Positions 44,116 to 53,737 of a stretch of 64,000 nucleotides of DNA are shown piece by piece (the stretch's first letter is position 1; each line of letters begins with the position of its first letter). The stretch comes from an uncultured Nitrospiraceae bacterium. Its GTDB lineage: Bacteria > Nitrospirota > Thermodesulfovibrionia > Thermodesulfovibrionales > UBA6898. The translations under genes were made by a program, and so were the position numbers. The notes beneath the pieces were generated by a model. It had not been told where the DNA came from, made no database searches, and worked only from the letters and a program-made list of their open reading frames with translations. The stretch lies in the NCBI GenBank assembly GCA_963811165.1, contig CAWEQH010000001.1, forward strand, positions 96,001 to 160,000, read 5' to 3'.

Positions 44116-45492
44116 ATGCTGATAGGAATAATCTTAACAATATCCGTTTTGATACAGTTGGCAACCGCTTTTATGGCTATAAAGCTCATAAAGGTAACAG
44201 GCAAACGTATTTCCTGGGGTCTCATCTCCTTATCCATCCTCTTTATGGCCGTCAGGCGCAGCATGGCGCTCCTACAGTTCCTTACGGACGGCAATCGGTC
44301 ACAACCGGGGCTGCTGCCTTTTGTAACAGCCGGACTGATCACCTCCGCCCTGATGATGGCTGGAGTCATATTGATATCTCCTTTATTCAATTCCATGGCC
44401 GAGGAAATTACCAGGCGCAAGAAGACAGAAGAAGCATTGAGCGAAAGTGAAAAAAGACTGAGCAGTGTTACAGCAAATTTGGCGGAAGGTATTTATGTTT
44501 TAGATAAAAGCGGACGCCTGACCTTCATGAATCCCGAGGCAGAACGCCTTCTAGGATGGTCCCTTGAAGAATTGAACGAGCATGGGCCCCATACTCTTGT
44601 CCATTTCCGCAGACCCGACGGTACGCCTCTTCCATTAGAAGAGTGCAGGATCCACAACGTCTCCAAGACCGGGAAGGTCTTCTCTTCGACAGATGAGGTA
44701 TTTGTGCGGAAAGACGGCACTGTTTTCCCTATTTCTGTTATCACCAGCCCAATCAGGGAAAACGGCGAGCTCATCGCCTCTGTAACAGTATTCCAGGACT
44801 TCACCGAGAAAAAACAACTGGACGACCGGCTCAAGAAATCCCTTTCCGAAAAAGAAATTCTGCTCAGAGAGGTGCATCACAGGGTCAAGAACAATATGAT
44901 GGTCATCAGCAGTCTGCTGCGGATTCGGTCGAAGGCCTTCGACGAGCCGAAATCCCTGGAGATCTTCAGGGAATGCCAAAACCGCATCGGGACCATGATG
45001 AAAATATATGAAAAACTCTATAGGGCACCGGACCTGACGCGGGTGAATTTTAATGAGTATATCAGGGACCTGACCATCATCCTTTTTGATTCCTATAATA
45101 TCGATCCCGATAGAATTGGGGTGGAACTTTCGTTATCGGATTTACCGATCGATATCGAAAAGGCAATACCATGCGGCCTGATCATCAATGAACTGATCAG
45201 CAATGCCCTGAAATACGGCTTCCCAGACGGCAGGAGCGGCGTTATCAGGGTCTCCCTTCGTCCTCTGGATAAGGCTACGGCGGAGCTGATAGTGTATAAC
45301 AACGGACTGGAGATACCGGAAACCATAGATATCCATAGTACGGAAACCTTCGGGTTGCAGCTTGTGCGCCTGCTGGCAAAGCAGCTTGGGGGAGAGTATC
45401 GGTTAAAAAGAGAGCACGGGACGGAATTTAGGATCGCTTTCAAATACGGGCCGTTCCGCCATAAGACCAGGCGGCACCATACTGCGAGATAA
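44116..45492 (+). CDS. PAS-domain sensor histidine kinase (HisKA_2 type)
   Basis: TM helices, PAS, LREVHHRVKNN, NELISNALKY, FGLQLV. Confidence 0.9.
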   Translation: MLIGIILTISVLIQLATAFMAIKLIKVTGKRISWGLISLSILFMAVRRSMALLQFLTDGNRSQPGLLPFVTAGLITSALMMAGVILISPLFNSMAEEITRRKKTEEALSESEKRLSSVTANLAEGIYVLDKSGRLTFMNPEAERLLGWSLEELNEHGPHTLVHFRRPDGTPLPLEECRIHNVSKTGKVFSSTDEVFVRKDGTVFPISVITSPIRENGELIASVTVFQDFTEKKQLDDRLKKSLSEKEILLREVHHRVKNNMMVISSLLRIRSKAFDEPKSLEIFRECQNRIGTMMKIYEKLYRAPDLTRVNFNEYIRDLTIILFDSYNIDPDRIGVELSLSDLPIDIEKAIPCGLIINELISNALKYGFPDGRSGVIRVSLRPLDKATAELIVYNNGLEIPETIDIHSTETFGLQLVRLLAKQLGGEYRLKREHGTEFRIAFKYGPFRHKTRRHHTAR

Positions 45493-45525
45493 CCCGCAGC
45501 TGGCGAGTATGTGATTTATGGGAAT

Positions 45526-47307
45526 TCATGCTCCCGGCATCTGTGCACATTCATTGAAGATCCGCACTTTACAATACCGACACCTTTCAGGGTCCAGTCT
45601 CGGCACAATACTTTTTATTGCCGCGACCTTTGAGTGGAAAACATTTACTTCTCCAATGCTCTTATTGCAGCCCCCCCGTTTCATGACGTCTATCACCTCG
45701 CCCTTGAGTGAACAGAGATACAACTGCCTTCCGTTGGCTCGCAGACGATGGGCCTCCTGGTTAAGTGTCTGACATCCTGCGACATCGATGAAGTTTATCC
45801 CGCCTCCCACAATCAGGATGTGCGCCTGTTCGGGGTATTTTTTTGTTATTTGGTCTAACTGTTCTGCCACATGGGTTACCGCACCAAAAAAGATTGAACC
45901 GTCAATCCTGATTATTTTGAGTTGTGGACATTCCGACAGAGGCTTCTTCTGCACATTTATGAAACTCTTCTTTTTGCTATCAGGGTCAGGGGCAAGGGTC
46001 ACAAAGGTCGGATGGGATGTCCGGTTAAGATAAAGCAGCAGCGAAAGAATTACCCCTACATAGATAGCGAATTCGAGCTCCACAAATAATGTTGAGAGAA
46101 ATGTCGCAATGAGTATCCCGGCCTCAGGCTTGCTTGTCCTCATAATAGAGGCAATATGGTGTGTGTCAACGAGATTATACGCGACCAAAAAAAGAATGCC
46201 GGCCATTGAGGCTATGGGCAGATAGGCGGTAAGAGGGGCTATGAGCAGTACTATGCCGGTCAGCGTTATCGCAGCAAAGGCAGCGGCCAATGGCGTCTTG
46301 GCGCCCGCTTCGTAGTTCACTCCCGTGCGGGTGAACGACCCGGACGAGGCATAGCTCGAAAAGAAACTCCCGATGATATTGGAGAGTCCCTGCCCGATGA
46401 ATTCCTGATTGCTGTCAATGCGCTGTTCAGATTTTGTTGCGATTGATCGGGCAATGGATACCGCCTCGGCAAGCCCGAGCATGGCAACAGCCAGGGCAGG
46501 AGGCGCAAGCTGGCGCAAGGAAGTGGTCGTAATGACAGGATGCGACAGGGGCGGCAGATGAGAAGGAAGAGAGCCCACGAGTCTGATCCCGTGCTCGTTC
46601 CCCTTCACCAGCAGGGCCATGACGCTGCCGGCTATCATTGCTATCAGCATGCCGGGCCACTTGGGCTTAAGGATTTTTAAAACTACTGCGATGAGTAACG
46701 TACTAAGACCTATGAACAGGACATAGAGGTTTGTCTCGGGAAGGCTCGATAGTGTATCTGCCCAAATATGGACGAAAGAGTGTTTTTTGGGTGCGGTGAT
46801 ACCCAGGATATTGCTTAGTTGGCTTGTTGCAATGAGTATCGAAGCGCCTGCGGTGAACCCTACCACGACAGAGTGAGAAACGAAATTCACCAGGGAACCG
46901 AGACGGGCAACGCCCAACGCTAATTGGAAAAACCCGGCGAGAAAGGTCAGGGTCAACACCATCTGAATATACTCGGCGCTTGAAGGCGGCGCCAGAGGGC
47001 TCAGTGATGTGAAGATCACAATCGATATTGCGGTGGTAGGCCCGGAGATGAGATGACGGGACGACCCAAATAAAGCGGCAATAATTGCAGGAACTATCGC
47101 TGAATAAAGACCGTATTCGGGAGGCAGTCCTGCAATAATTGCAAAAGCCACTCCCTGAGGCAAAACGATAATCGCACCGGTTATTCCCGCGATAATGTCG
47201 GCCCGCATACTTCGGCGGCTGACCATAGACCACCACCGCAAGGGAGGAAAGAACTTCTTTAGAGACACCTTTTCTTGTCCGGCTGCTGATTCTTCATTGT
47301 CCTTCAT
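45526..47307 (-). CDS. SulP family anion transporter with STAS domain
   Basis: LPQGVAFA, GLYSA, GPTT, NQEFIGQG, STAS. Confidence 0.93.
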   Translation of the reverse strand: MKDNEESAAGQEKVSLKKFFPPLRWWSMVSRRSMRADIIAGITGAIIVLPQGVAFAIIAGLPPEYGLYSAIVPAIIAALFGSSRHLISGPTTAISIVIFTSLSPLAPPSSAEYIQMVLTLTFLAGFFQLALGVARLGSLVNFVSHSVVVGFTAGASILIATSQLSNILGITAPKKHSFVHIWADTLSSLPETNLYVLFIGLSTLLIAVVLKILKPKWPGMLIAMIAGSVMALLVKGNEHGIRLVGSLPSHLPPLSHPVITTTSLRQLAPPALAVAMLGLAEAVSIARSIATKSEQRIDSNQEFIGQGLSNIIGSFFSSYASSGSFTRTGVNYEAGAKTPLAAAFAAITLTGIVLLIAPLTAYLPIASMAGILFLVAYNLVDTHHIASIMRTSKPEAGILIATFLSTLFVELEFAIYVGVILSLLLYLNRTSHPTFVTLAPDPDSKKKSFINVQKKPLSECPQLKIIRIDGSIFFGAVTHVAEQLDQITKKYPEQAHILIVGGGINFIDVAGCQTLNQEAHRLRANGRQLYLCSLKGEVIDVMKRGGCNKSIGEVNVFHSKVAAIKSIVPRLDPERCRYCKVRIFNECAQMPGA

Positions 47308-47417
47308 GGTTCTCCGAATTCCATCTGAGATAGTGTTAGCTTTTTTTCTTCTCTTCTTATTTAAAGTATAGCACCGACCAATTATTCACGATAACCGCTC
47401 ACGGCTTCCCCGATGGC

Positions 47418-47447
47418 TTGACAATAATAATTCTTTGATAATATAAT
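47418..47447 (+). promoter_or_regulatory. Sigma70-type promoter of the Fur/PerR gene, AT-rich operator-like context
   Basis: TTGACA-18-TATAAT, followed by TAATAAGAATAATTAT. Confidence 0.6.
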
Positions 47448-47466
47448 CTATCTAATAAGAATAATT

Positions 47467-47913
47467 ATGGTAAATGCAAGATACGATCGTCGCAAGAATT
47501 TAGGAATCAAGCTGACTCCACAGCGGTTAGCGATTCTGGATTATCTTGAAGGAAATAAAAACCATCCTTCAGCCGATGATATCTATAAAGCGATAAAAAA
47601 GACATTCCCGACTATGTCGTTTGCGACGGTGTACACGACACTCGATACACTTAGACGGCGGGGTATGCTTACTGAGCTTACAATTGACCCCGCTAAGAAG
47701 CGGTTTGACCCGAACACCGAAAAGCACCATCACCTTATCTGTACCGAATGTAAGAAGGTCATCGATGTTCATATGGATTTCTGTCTCGATCTTCCCGCCG
47801 TGGTTGCTGATGGGTTTAAGGTAACCGGAAATCATATCGAGTTTTACGGCAAATGCCCAGCGTGCGGGCCGAAAAATATTAATGCTCTTTCAGGAGGAAA
47901 GTCATGTGTGTAG
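47467..47913 (+). CDS. Fur family regulator, PerR-like
   Basis: TPQRLAI, HPSA, SFATVY, HHHLICTEC, CPAC; redox-gene neighbourhood. Confidence 0.85.
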   Translation: MVNARYDRRKNLGIKLTPQRLAILDYLEGNKNHPSADDIYKAIKKTFPTMSFATVYTTLDTLRRRGMLTELTIDPAKKRFDPNTEKHHHLICTECKKVIDVHMDFCLDLPAVVADGFKVTGNHIEFYGKCPACGPKNINALSGGKSCV

Positions 47914-48374
47914 ATCATTCGCTTGTTTGCAAATGCGGCAATGGCAGCGCTGGTTTTAATTTTAAGGATGAGGTCATGCCTCCGGAAGTCGTCAACAGAC
48001 TCTACTGCCCGAAATGCTCCGGGGAGACGTCATTCATTCCCGAGACAATGCTCAGTGACAACGGCTGGATCATAGAATACAACATGGAGATCGCCAGGTT
48101 CATGGGACAGAAGATCCAGAAGGCCGCTATAACGCCGGAATTTCTCTTTGACGAGGGGTACTGCACCTGGCGCGGAGTGTATCCTGCCGACCATATCGAT
48201 TCCGTCAGTGAACGTGCGGAACTGGTCAGGCTGGCAAAAGTGAACCCCAGAAAATACCTTGAGGAATTTAAGCGATGGGGCATTGAACGTATGGAACGCC
48301 TCGCTCAGGAAGGCTGGAGGAAGGCGAATGTCCTGTCGCAGCAGGTCCCGGAAAAAGAGCCCATGCAGTACTAA
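47904..48374 (+). CDS. Hypothetical protein with CxC and CxxC motifs
   Basis: Overlaps the regulator stop; CKC and CPKC. Confidence 0.75.
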   Translation: MCVDHSLVCKCGNGSAGFNFKDEVMPPEVVNRLYCPKCSGETSFIPETMLSDNGWIIEYNMEIARFMGQKIQKAAITPEFLFDEGYCTWRGVYPADHIDSVSERAELVRLAKVNPRKYLEEFKRWGIERMERLAQEGWRKANVLSQQVPEKEPMQY

Positions 48375-48536
48375 AAACATGCCGACGCCGTAGACCGTGA
48401 TATGTCCTCATTGCGGCGGGAAGCAGAGATATGGACTGACGGGCCCGGGGCGAACTGTCCTGCAGGCAAAGCATAACTCTCGCAGCGTAAATAATAACGA
48501 GTTCTGCTCAAAAAAATATCGAATTGAGGGGGCAAA

Positions 48537-49016
48537 ATGGAGATTTCAGTAGAAAAAATACCGGGCGGGTTCAGAGTCGATGGCCTGGAGCTGAAGAACG
48601 GCAAATGCGGCTGCACATCTGTGCTCCCATGTTGCTACAGCTGGTCAAAGGTGAAGAGAAATGGAAATACCTTTGTCTTCACAGCCAAGGCAACCGGACC
48701 TGATACTACTGATGTGTATCAGTGGAAGTATACGGTAAGAAAGGGGGATTTTGTTGTCGAGGTTACCATGGATGACGCGCGCGACAAAACGATATTCTCC
48801 GGCTATTATCCCCCACTGCTTGGGGAGTGGACTCGCAATGGGTGGGAGGTCGTGTCGAAAGAGGGAGACCGGGAGGACGGTATACTGTGGAGATGTGCGG
48901 CGTGCAAGTGGCTGTATAAGGAAGACGAGCAGACCGCCCGCTTTGAAGATCTCCCCAGCGACTGGAAATGCCCGGTATGTAAGGCTGGAAAGAACGCATT
49001 TGAAAAAATAGCATAA
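48537..49016 (+). CDS. Unknown N-terminal domain fused to a C-terminal rubredoxin
   Basis: CGCTSVLPCC; WRCAACKWLY...DWKCPVC. Confidence 0.85.
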   Translation: MEISVEKIPGGFRVDGLELKNGKCGCTSVLPCCYSWSKVKRNGNTFVFTAKATGPDTTDVYQWKYTVRKGDFVVEVTMDDARDKTIFSGYYPPLLGEWTRNGWEVVSKEGDREDGILWRCAACKWLYKEDEQTARFEDLPSDWKCPVCKAGKNAFEKIA

Positions 49017-49077
49017 AACAGGAAATAACTATAGCTGAAGTTTCAGTGAAGTAAACCATGGAAAGGAGATATGTGTG

Positions 49078-49194
49078 ATGGCAAAAAAAGGAGAACAGTA
49101 CAGATGCAGTATATGCGGCAATGAAGTTGAGGTGACAAAGGCAGGAGCAGGCACGCTCTTTTGCTGCGGTAAACCGATGGAGCAAATTATGTAA
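49078..49194 (+). CDS. Desulforedoxin-like protein (38 aa)
   Basis: MAKKGEQYRCSICGNEVEVTKAGAGTLFCCGKPMEQIM; AGGAG SD. Confidence 0.9.
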   Translation: MAKKGEQYRCSICGNEVEVTKAGAGTLFCCGKPMEQIM

Positions 49195-49270
49195 TGATAC
49201 TCCCCGCCGCTGGCGGCGGGGCTTTATTCCCTTTAAAGAGATCATCCGATAACAAAAAGGAGACAGTAAT

Positions 49271-49402
49271 ATGTGGAAATGCAGTGTCTGCGCGTATGAA
49301 TATGATGAAGCTGCTGAAGGGACGCCGTTTGAAAAACTGCCTGATGACTGGAAATGTCCGGTATGCAATGCACCGAAAGATGCTTTTGAAAAAATCAAAT
49401 AG
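49271..49402 (+). CDS. Rubredoxin (43 aa)
   Basis: [12 protein letters not shown]...[17 protein letters not shown]. Confidence 0.92.
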   Translation: MWKCSVCAYEYDEAAEGTPFEKLPDDWKCPVCNAPKDAFEKIK

Positions 49403-49440
49403 GGGGAGCCGGCTAAAAAAATGGACGGGGAAATAAGCGG

Positions 49441-49650
49441 ATGTTTATAGCCTTAGTGAATTGGGACAAATGCACGGGTTGTGCGAATTGCATAGACGCT
49501 TGTCCGGTCAAGTGTTTTAAGATGTCAGACGGTAAGAGCGATCCTCACCGGTCGGCCTATTGTATCAACTGTGGTACCTGCCTGGAGGTCTGTCCCACCG
49601 ACGCCATCGTGATCAGCATTGGCTGGGGTACAACGGCATTGCGTAGGTAA
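49441..49650 (+). CDS. 2x[4Fe-4S] ferredoxin
   Basis: CTGCANCIDACP and CINCGTCLEVCP. Confidence 0.9.
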   Translation: MFIALVNWDKCTGCANCIDACPVKCFKMSDGKSDPHRSAYCINCGTCLEVCPTDAIVISIGWGTTALRR

Positions 49651-49903
49651 TAATAGGCGAATTCCATATACTTTCAGACAGAAGTCACTGCCTTTTAATG
49701 AGGACCCTAAATCGTTAACGTATCGTTTCGCGGGGATAATTTATTTAGAGGGTCAAAGGTCGAGGCCGGTTAACACTGAGCAGAATAATTTTGCGTGCCC
49801 AGCGGGTCTGATCCCCGTTATGGTGCAGAAACAGTAAGTTAGCCGTATTATGAAAGGTTGCCGGGATAATTATCGGACTTCCCACAGCAATATTACCTTG
49901 TTT

Positions 49904-49948
49904 CCTAAGAACACATCACCTTGTCGAGTACGATGTTCTTCCAATTGT
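49904..49948 (+). promoter_or_regulatory. Shared ~44-bp upstream motif, copy 3 (most diverged)
   Basis: CCTAAGAACA...TACGA...CCAATTGT; same orientation relative to its gene as the other copies. Confidence 0.4.
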
Positions 49949-50015
49949 ACGAAAACCCTGAGGGGAGTAACCTAGAATCAGAACAAGGGAAAAAAGAGAA
50001 AAGGAGGACAAGAAA

Positions 50016-50396
50016 ATGTTAAAACACAATGCAGGTAACAAGGTCGGAAAAGGAACATACTGGAACTTCTCTACTGGTGAACGGATCGACATCAGCGCCG
50101 AAGGCGTACTTCCCGGCGGAAAGAAGGACGTATATTACAGGCTCCCGGCAACCGGGATCTTGGTCGCGGCGCCGGTATTGGGGCTGCTCTATGCAGCTTT
50201 TCTGCCTTTCATCGGGATTGCGATGCTCGTGAAGGTGGTCCTCAGGAAGGTGGCTTCTACAGTGACGGCTCCAACCCAGAGGGCGGCATCATTTGGCTGG
50301 AGACCGAGCGAATCCTATCTCGCCGGCAAGAAGAAGGGTTCAGAAGCGGCAAAGAAGGACGAAGGCGGGGAGAGCCCCGGGAACAAAGAAGACTGA
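50016..50396 (+). CDS. Small membrane protein of unknown function (paralogue of 26602-26970)
   Basis: GTYWNFSTG, GVLPG, ILVAAPVLGLLYAAFLPFIG, WRPSESYLAGK. Confidence 0.85.
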   Translation: MLKHNAGNKVGKGTYWNFSTGERIDISAEGVLPGGKKDVYYRLPATGILVAAPVLGLLYAAFLPFIGIAMLVKVVLRKVASTVTAPTQRAASFGWRPSESYLAGKKKGSEAAKKDEGGESPGNKED

Positions 50397-50415
50397 TATC
50401 TTCTGCCGAACATAG

Positions 50416-50443
50416 AAAAAGGCCCCTTTTTGGGGCCTTTTTT
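50416..50443. terminator. Rho-independent terminator
   Basis: AAAAAGGCCCC/GGGGCCTTTTTT. Confidence 0.8.
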
Positions 50444-50487
50444 GTTTTCCCGCATTTTTTTTGCATAGCCTCTCTTATCTCTTTGAA

Positions 50488-50832
50488 TCAACGTTCATTA
50501 TATTTCGTACCGTTATCTTTGGCCAGTTCCACCGGATATTTCTTTTCATTCAGTTCGATCTTGTCAAGGACCGCGTTTTCGATGTCGAGTTTGTCGGCAA
50601 GGCGGACAAGGTAGATCATCACGTCCGCGACCTCCTGCCGGATCTGGGTCATCTCTTTTTCGTTATGGATTATCTCTTTCGATTGCCCGTCCGTAAGCCA
50701 CTGGAATATTTCGAGGAGCTCGGCAGTCTCTGCAGCGAGTGCCATCGAGAGATTCTTTGGAGTATGGAATTGGGACCAGTTGCGGGCCTGCGCGAAGGAG
50801 GCGAGTTTTTTTCTAATCTCGGCTAAATTCCT
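50488..50832 (-). pseudogene. MazG-like (DCTPP1-type) nucleotide pyrophosphohydrolase, start codon apparently lost
   Basis: Frame reads NLAEIRKKLASFAQARNWSQFHTPKNLSMALAAETAELLEIFQW...EVADV..KYP; the expected start position is AGG after a stop. Confidence 0.75.
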
Positions 50833-50911
50833 CTAATTTTATCCCCAAAAGTATCGATCAGCAATGATGAATTATACGGGTTAAATGTCATTATTTTTGA
50901 TATAATAAATT

Positions 50912-51109
50912 GTGCCTAGGAAATCCTTAAAACAGACCAATCCTTACCTGATGGACCCTGAATTGGGCAAGGAATTGATGTATCAATCCGTCTCCTCATC
51001 AACGGCGGTCGAAGGAGTCCTTATTAAGTATCCCAAGATGACAAAATCAGCGGAAAAGAAGCTGAAAGAGATCATCGCGGTTCACAAGCCCTTAGCGTCT
51101 TACGAATAA
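50912..51109 (+). CDS. Small protein with a Fic-inhibitory-like motif
   Basis: STAVEG fits (S/T)xxxE(G/N); adjacent to the fic remnant; upstream TATAAT. Confidence 0.6.
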   Translation: MPRKSLKQTNPYLMDPELGKELMYQSVSSSTAVEGVLIKYPKMTKSAEKKLKEIIAVHKPLASYE

Positions 51110-51384
51110 CCGCTGTAAAGACCTTTTCCATCGGGCCATAATCTCTGTCCATCCCAGACTGGACTGCTTTAATATACTGCGTCTTCCCCAAGCCTATCAT
51201 GTCTTTGAAATCGAGAGGCGGCAAGCCGGCCTGGAGAGCCATCAATATGGCCAACATTCTTGCAACTCTTCCGTTTCCCTCGCGGAAGGGATGAATGAGA
51301 ACTAATTCCGTATGCACAATAGCGAGGGCTTTGGTGATGTCACCGTATGACTTAAAATGGCAAGGTGTGTACTCGCGGAGCGCC
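51072..51384 (-). pseudogene. Fic family protein, 5'-truncated
   Basis: HPFREGNGRVAR; frame extends to ALREYTPCHF and then runs into MITE sequence. Confidence 0.85.
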
Positions 51385-51489
51385 CGGCCTGCAAGGCCCG
51401 GGAACTCCGCGTCATCAAATCAATTAGCCGCTGAACTCCGTGGCGAACTTGGACGCCGATGGTGGGTCAATTTTCGGTGCCGATATACA
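51385..51489. mobile_element. IS21-like MITE, partial copy (right part)
   Basis: AAATCAATTAGCCGCTGAAC...GGACGCCGATGGTGGGTCAATTTTCGGTGCCGATATACA. Confidence 0.65.
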
Positions 51490-51597
51490 ATCTTTCCAGT
51501 GGTGATATAATTATATAAATGCATATTTCACCCGGTAATAATTGGTTGGAGTCTAAAAAGCAAAATAAAGAACCATGGTGAAAAAGGGGAAAAAAGG

Positions 51598-51816
51598 ATG
51601 ATAGTCGAAGAAGGTCAGCTTAAGGGAGAATTCAGAGGATTCAAAAACCCCGACACGATTTTCGAGTTTAATGGTGGAGGCAAATGGCAACAGGCACAGT
51701 ATAAGTCCCACAATCATTACGCGTATATGCCGCACGCGAAGGTCATTCTAAATGGTGGACGTTATGTGCTCCATGTCGAAGGAATCAAGGATGCAGTTGA
51801 GGTGCTTAAGGCGTAA
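51598..51816 (+). CDS. Small hypothetical protein
   Basis: 72-aa ORF (GEFRGF..DTIF...WQQ..Y...YAY) between two MITE copies. Confidence 0.6.
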   Translation: MIVEEGQLKGEFRGFKNPDTIFEFNGGGKWQQAQYKSHNHYAYMPHAKVILNGGRYVLHVEGIKDAVEVLKA

Positions 51817-51827
51817 GTGGGGTCACC

Positions 51828-51991
51828 TGTTAACAGGCATGCTTAATTTACCTACCTTATAGCCTTATCGGCATTCAACCGAGACTTGGCCTCCGAGACC
51901 CCGTAACTTCTCGTTATTAAATCAATTAGCCACTGACACCCAGCCAAAGTTTGGACGCCGATGGCGGGCCAATTTTCAGTGCCGAGGTACA
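51828..51991. mobile_element. IS21-like MITE, full copy (164 bp)
   Basis: TGT...ACA termini with imperfect terminal inverted repeats. Confidence 0.7.
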
Positions 51992-52050
51992 GTTCCATCA
52001 GGGCAGAGCACAGTACAGTTGGGTTATATTGAAGGTTGCCCGGCTATGAC

Positions 52051-52227
52051 TAGAACCTATCTCAAAATTAGTTTCTGTCCTTTTGTCGTCATTCCGGGCT
52101 TGACCCGGAATCCAGTGACTTTGCTGTGTTGTTATTAGAGACGAGGAGTTGCGAATTACTAATTTAGGAGATTAGAGTCGCTGGATGCCGGTTTCCACCG
52201 GCATGACTAATTTTGAGAGAGGTTCTA
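52051..52227. mobile_element. MITE with 21-bp terminal inverted repeats and an internal palindromic element
   Basis: TAGAACCTATCTCAAAATTAG vs CTAATTTTGAGAGAGGTTCTA (20/21 match); internal GTCATTCCGG..CCGGAATCCAG...CTGGATGCCGG..CCGGCATGAC. Confidence 0.7.
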
Positions 52228-52228
52228 A

Positions 52229-52440
52229 GTATTTAATGGGCATCTTATCGGGGTATATCCTCAACCCAGAGGATATATTTCTTAAACGACGCGTTCTTAA
52301 GGGAATTGTAAAGCTTCTTATCCGCAGTGACCATGCGGGAGGAAGTCTTTAAGGAAAGCGCAATATACAGACTGTCATAAAAACTTAGCCGGTAGGAGTC
52401 CGCCAAAGTCCATGCATATTCGAAGGTTGCAGCCCCTGCA
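52229..52440 (-). pseudogene. PIN-domain (VapC-like) toxin, C-terminal remnant
   Basis: Manual translation: AWTLADSYRLSFYDSLYIALSLKTSSRMVTADKKLYNSL; no start found. Confidence 0.7.
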
Positions 52441-52565
52441 ATCTATGCCGAATGCCACCCGAACCCAGAAATTTTTTAACACTTTTAAAAGAGCAGGCCC
52501 CAACTATATCCCTGAAGAACACTTTCTCTATTTTATTTTTTATCACTGATCTTACCTCACGCGTT

Positions 52566-53729
52566 TCATTGCTTTTTAGGAAAAAGTCCCTTCAGGCCCT
52601 CTGCCACTGTCTCAAGAGGTACCGCCGCGACACGCTCTCCCAATGAATACCGCTTCGTTCCCGGATATACAACGGCGATCTGTTCGAGCTTCACGTCTTG
52701 CAGCGCAGTCCGCATAGAAGGGGTCAGCCTCGGCGCATCCATGCGTTTGCACTCCACGCCCAGCATGCGGCCGCTTTTTACCAACACCAGATCGATCTCA
52801 GCCCCGCTGTGGGTCGCCCAGTAATACGCTTCATCAGGCTCCGTGGCCTTGATCGTTTCTTCAACAACGTATCCTTCCCACGAAGATCCGCACTTGGGAT
52901 GGCCAAGCAGTTCCTTCTCCGTCCTAATGCCCAGCAGATGATGCAGAAGACCTGTATCACGGAAATAGATCTTCGGGGCTTTGACCTGCCGCTTCTTCAA
53001 ATTGGCATGCCAGGGCGATAGCTGGCGGACCATGAAGACGCCCGACAGAATATCGAGATAGCGCCGCACCGTGGGTTCGCTGACGCCGAGCGAGCGCGCG
53101 GGTTCCGCCGCGTTCCAAATCTGGCCGTGGTAATGCGCCAGCATGGTCCAGAAGCGCAGCAATGCCGTAGCGGGTGTTCCGATGCCCCACTGCGGCAGGT
53201 CACGTTCCAAAAAGGTCTGGATGAAATTCTTCCGCCATGCCAGGCTGTCGGACTCGGTACGGGCAAGATAGGAAGGCGGAAAGCCGCCGCGCAACCAATG
53301 GCGTGCCACCTCGGCTTGGCCGACCTCGGCCATGCTGAAGCCGCTCATTGCGATCGTCTCGATGCGTCCGGCCAGGGATTCAGAGGTTTGCCTCAGGAGT
53401 TCCGGCGAGGCGCTGCCGAGGATGAGAAAGCGGGCGGACAGCGGCGTCCGGTCCAACAACACCCGGAGCACAGGGAACAAATCCGGTCTCCGCTGCACCT
53501 CGTCAATGACCACCAGTCCCTTCAGGCCGCGTAAAGCGGTCATGGGCTCGTCCAGCCGTGCAAAACTTGACGGGTCTTCGAGGTCGAGATAGTTGGGAGA
53601 ATCGACCGAAAGGAGTTGCCGGGCCAAGGTGGTCTTGCCGCACTGTCTCGGCCCTATGAGCGCTACCGCCCGGCTCCGCTTCAGGGCGGACCGTACCTGT
53701 CTCAGCAGTTCCTTTCGTTTAATCATCAC
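52566..53729 (-). CDS. AAA_14 ATPase with DUF4143 domain
   Basis: GPRQCGKTT, IDEVQ, ESLAGRI, GGFP, KIYFRDTG, EIDLV...VECK. Confidence 0.9.
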   Translation of the reverse strand: MMIKRKELLRQVRSALKRSRAVALIGPRQCGKTTLARQLLSVDSPNYLDLEDPSSFARLDEPMTALRGLKGLVVIDEVQRRPDLFPVLRVLLDRTPLSARFLILGSASPELLRQTSESLAGRIETIAMSGFSMAEVGQAEVARHWLRGGFPPSYLARTESDSLAWRKNFIQTFLERDLPQWGIGTPATALLRFWTMLAHYHGQIWNAAEPARSLGVSEPTVRRYLDILSGVFMVRQLSPWHANLKKRQVKAPKIYFRDTGLLHHLLGIRTEKELLGHPKCGSSWEGYVVEETIKATEPDEAYYWATHSGAEIDLVLVKSGRMLGVECKRMDAPRLTPSMRTALQDVKLEQIAVVYPGTKRYSLGERVAAVPLETVAEGLKGLFPKKQ

Positions 53730-53737
53730 AGTTCAGT

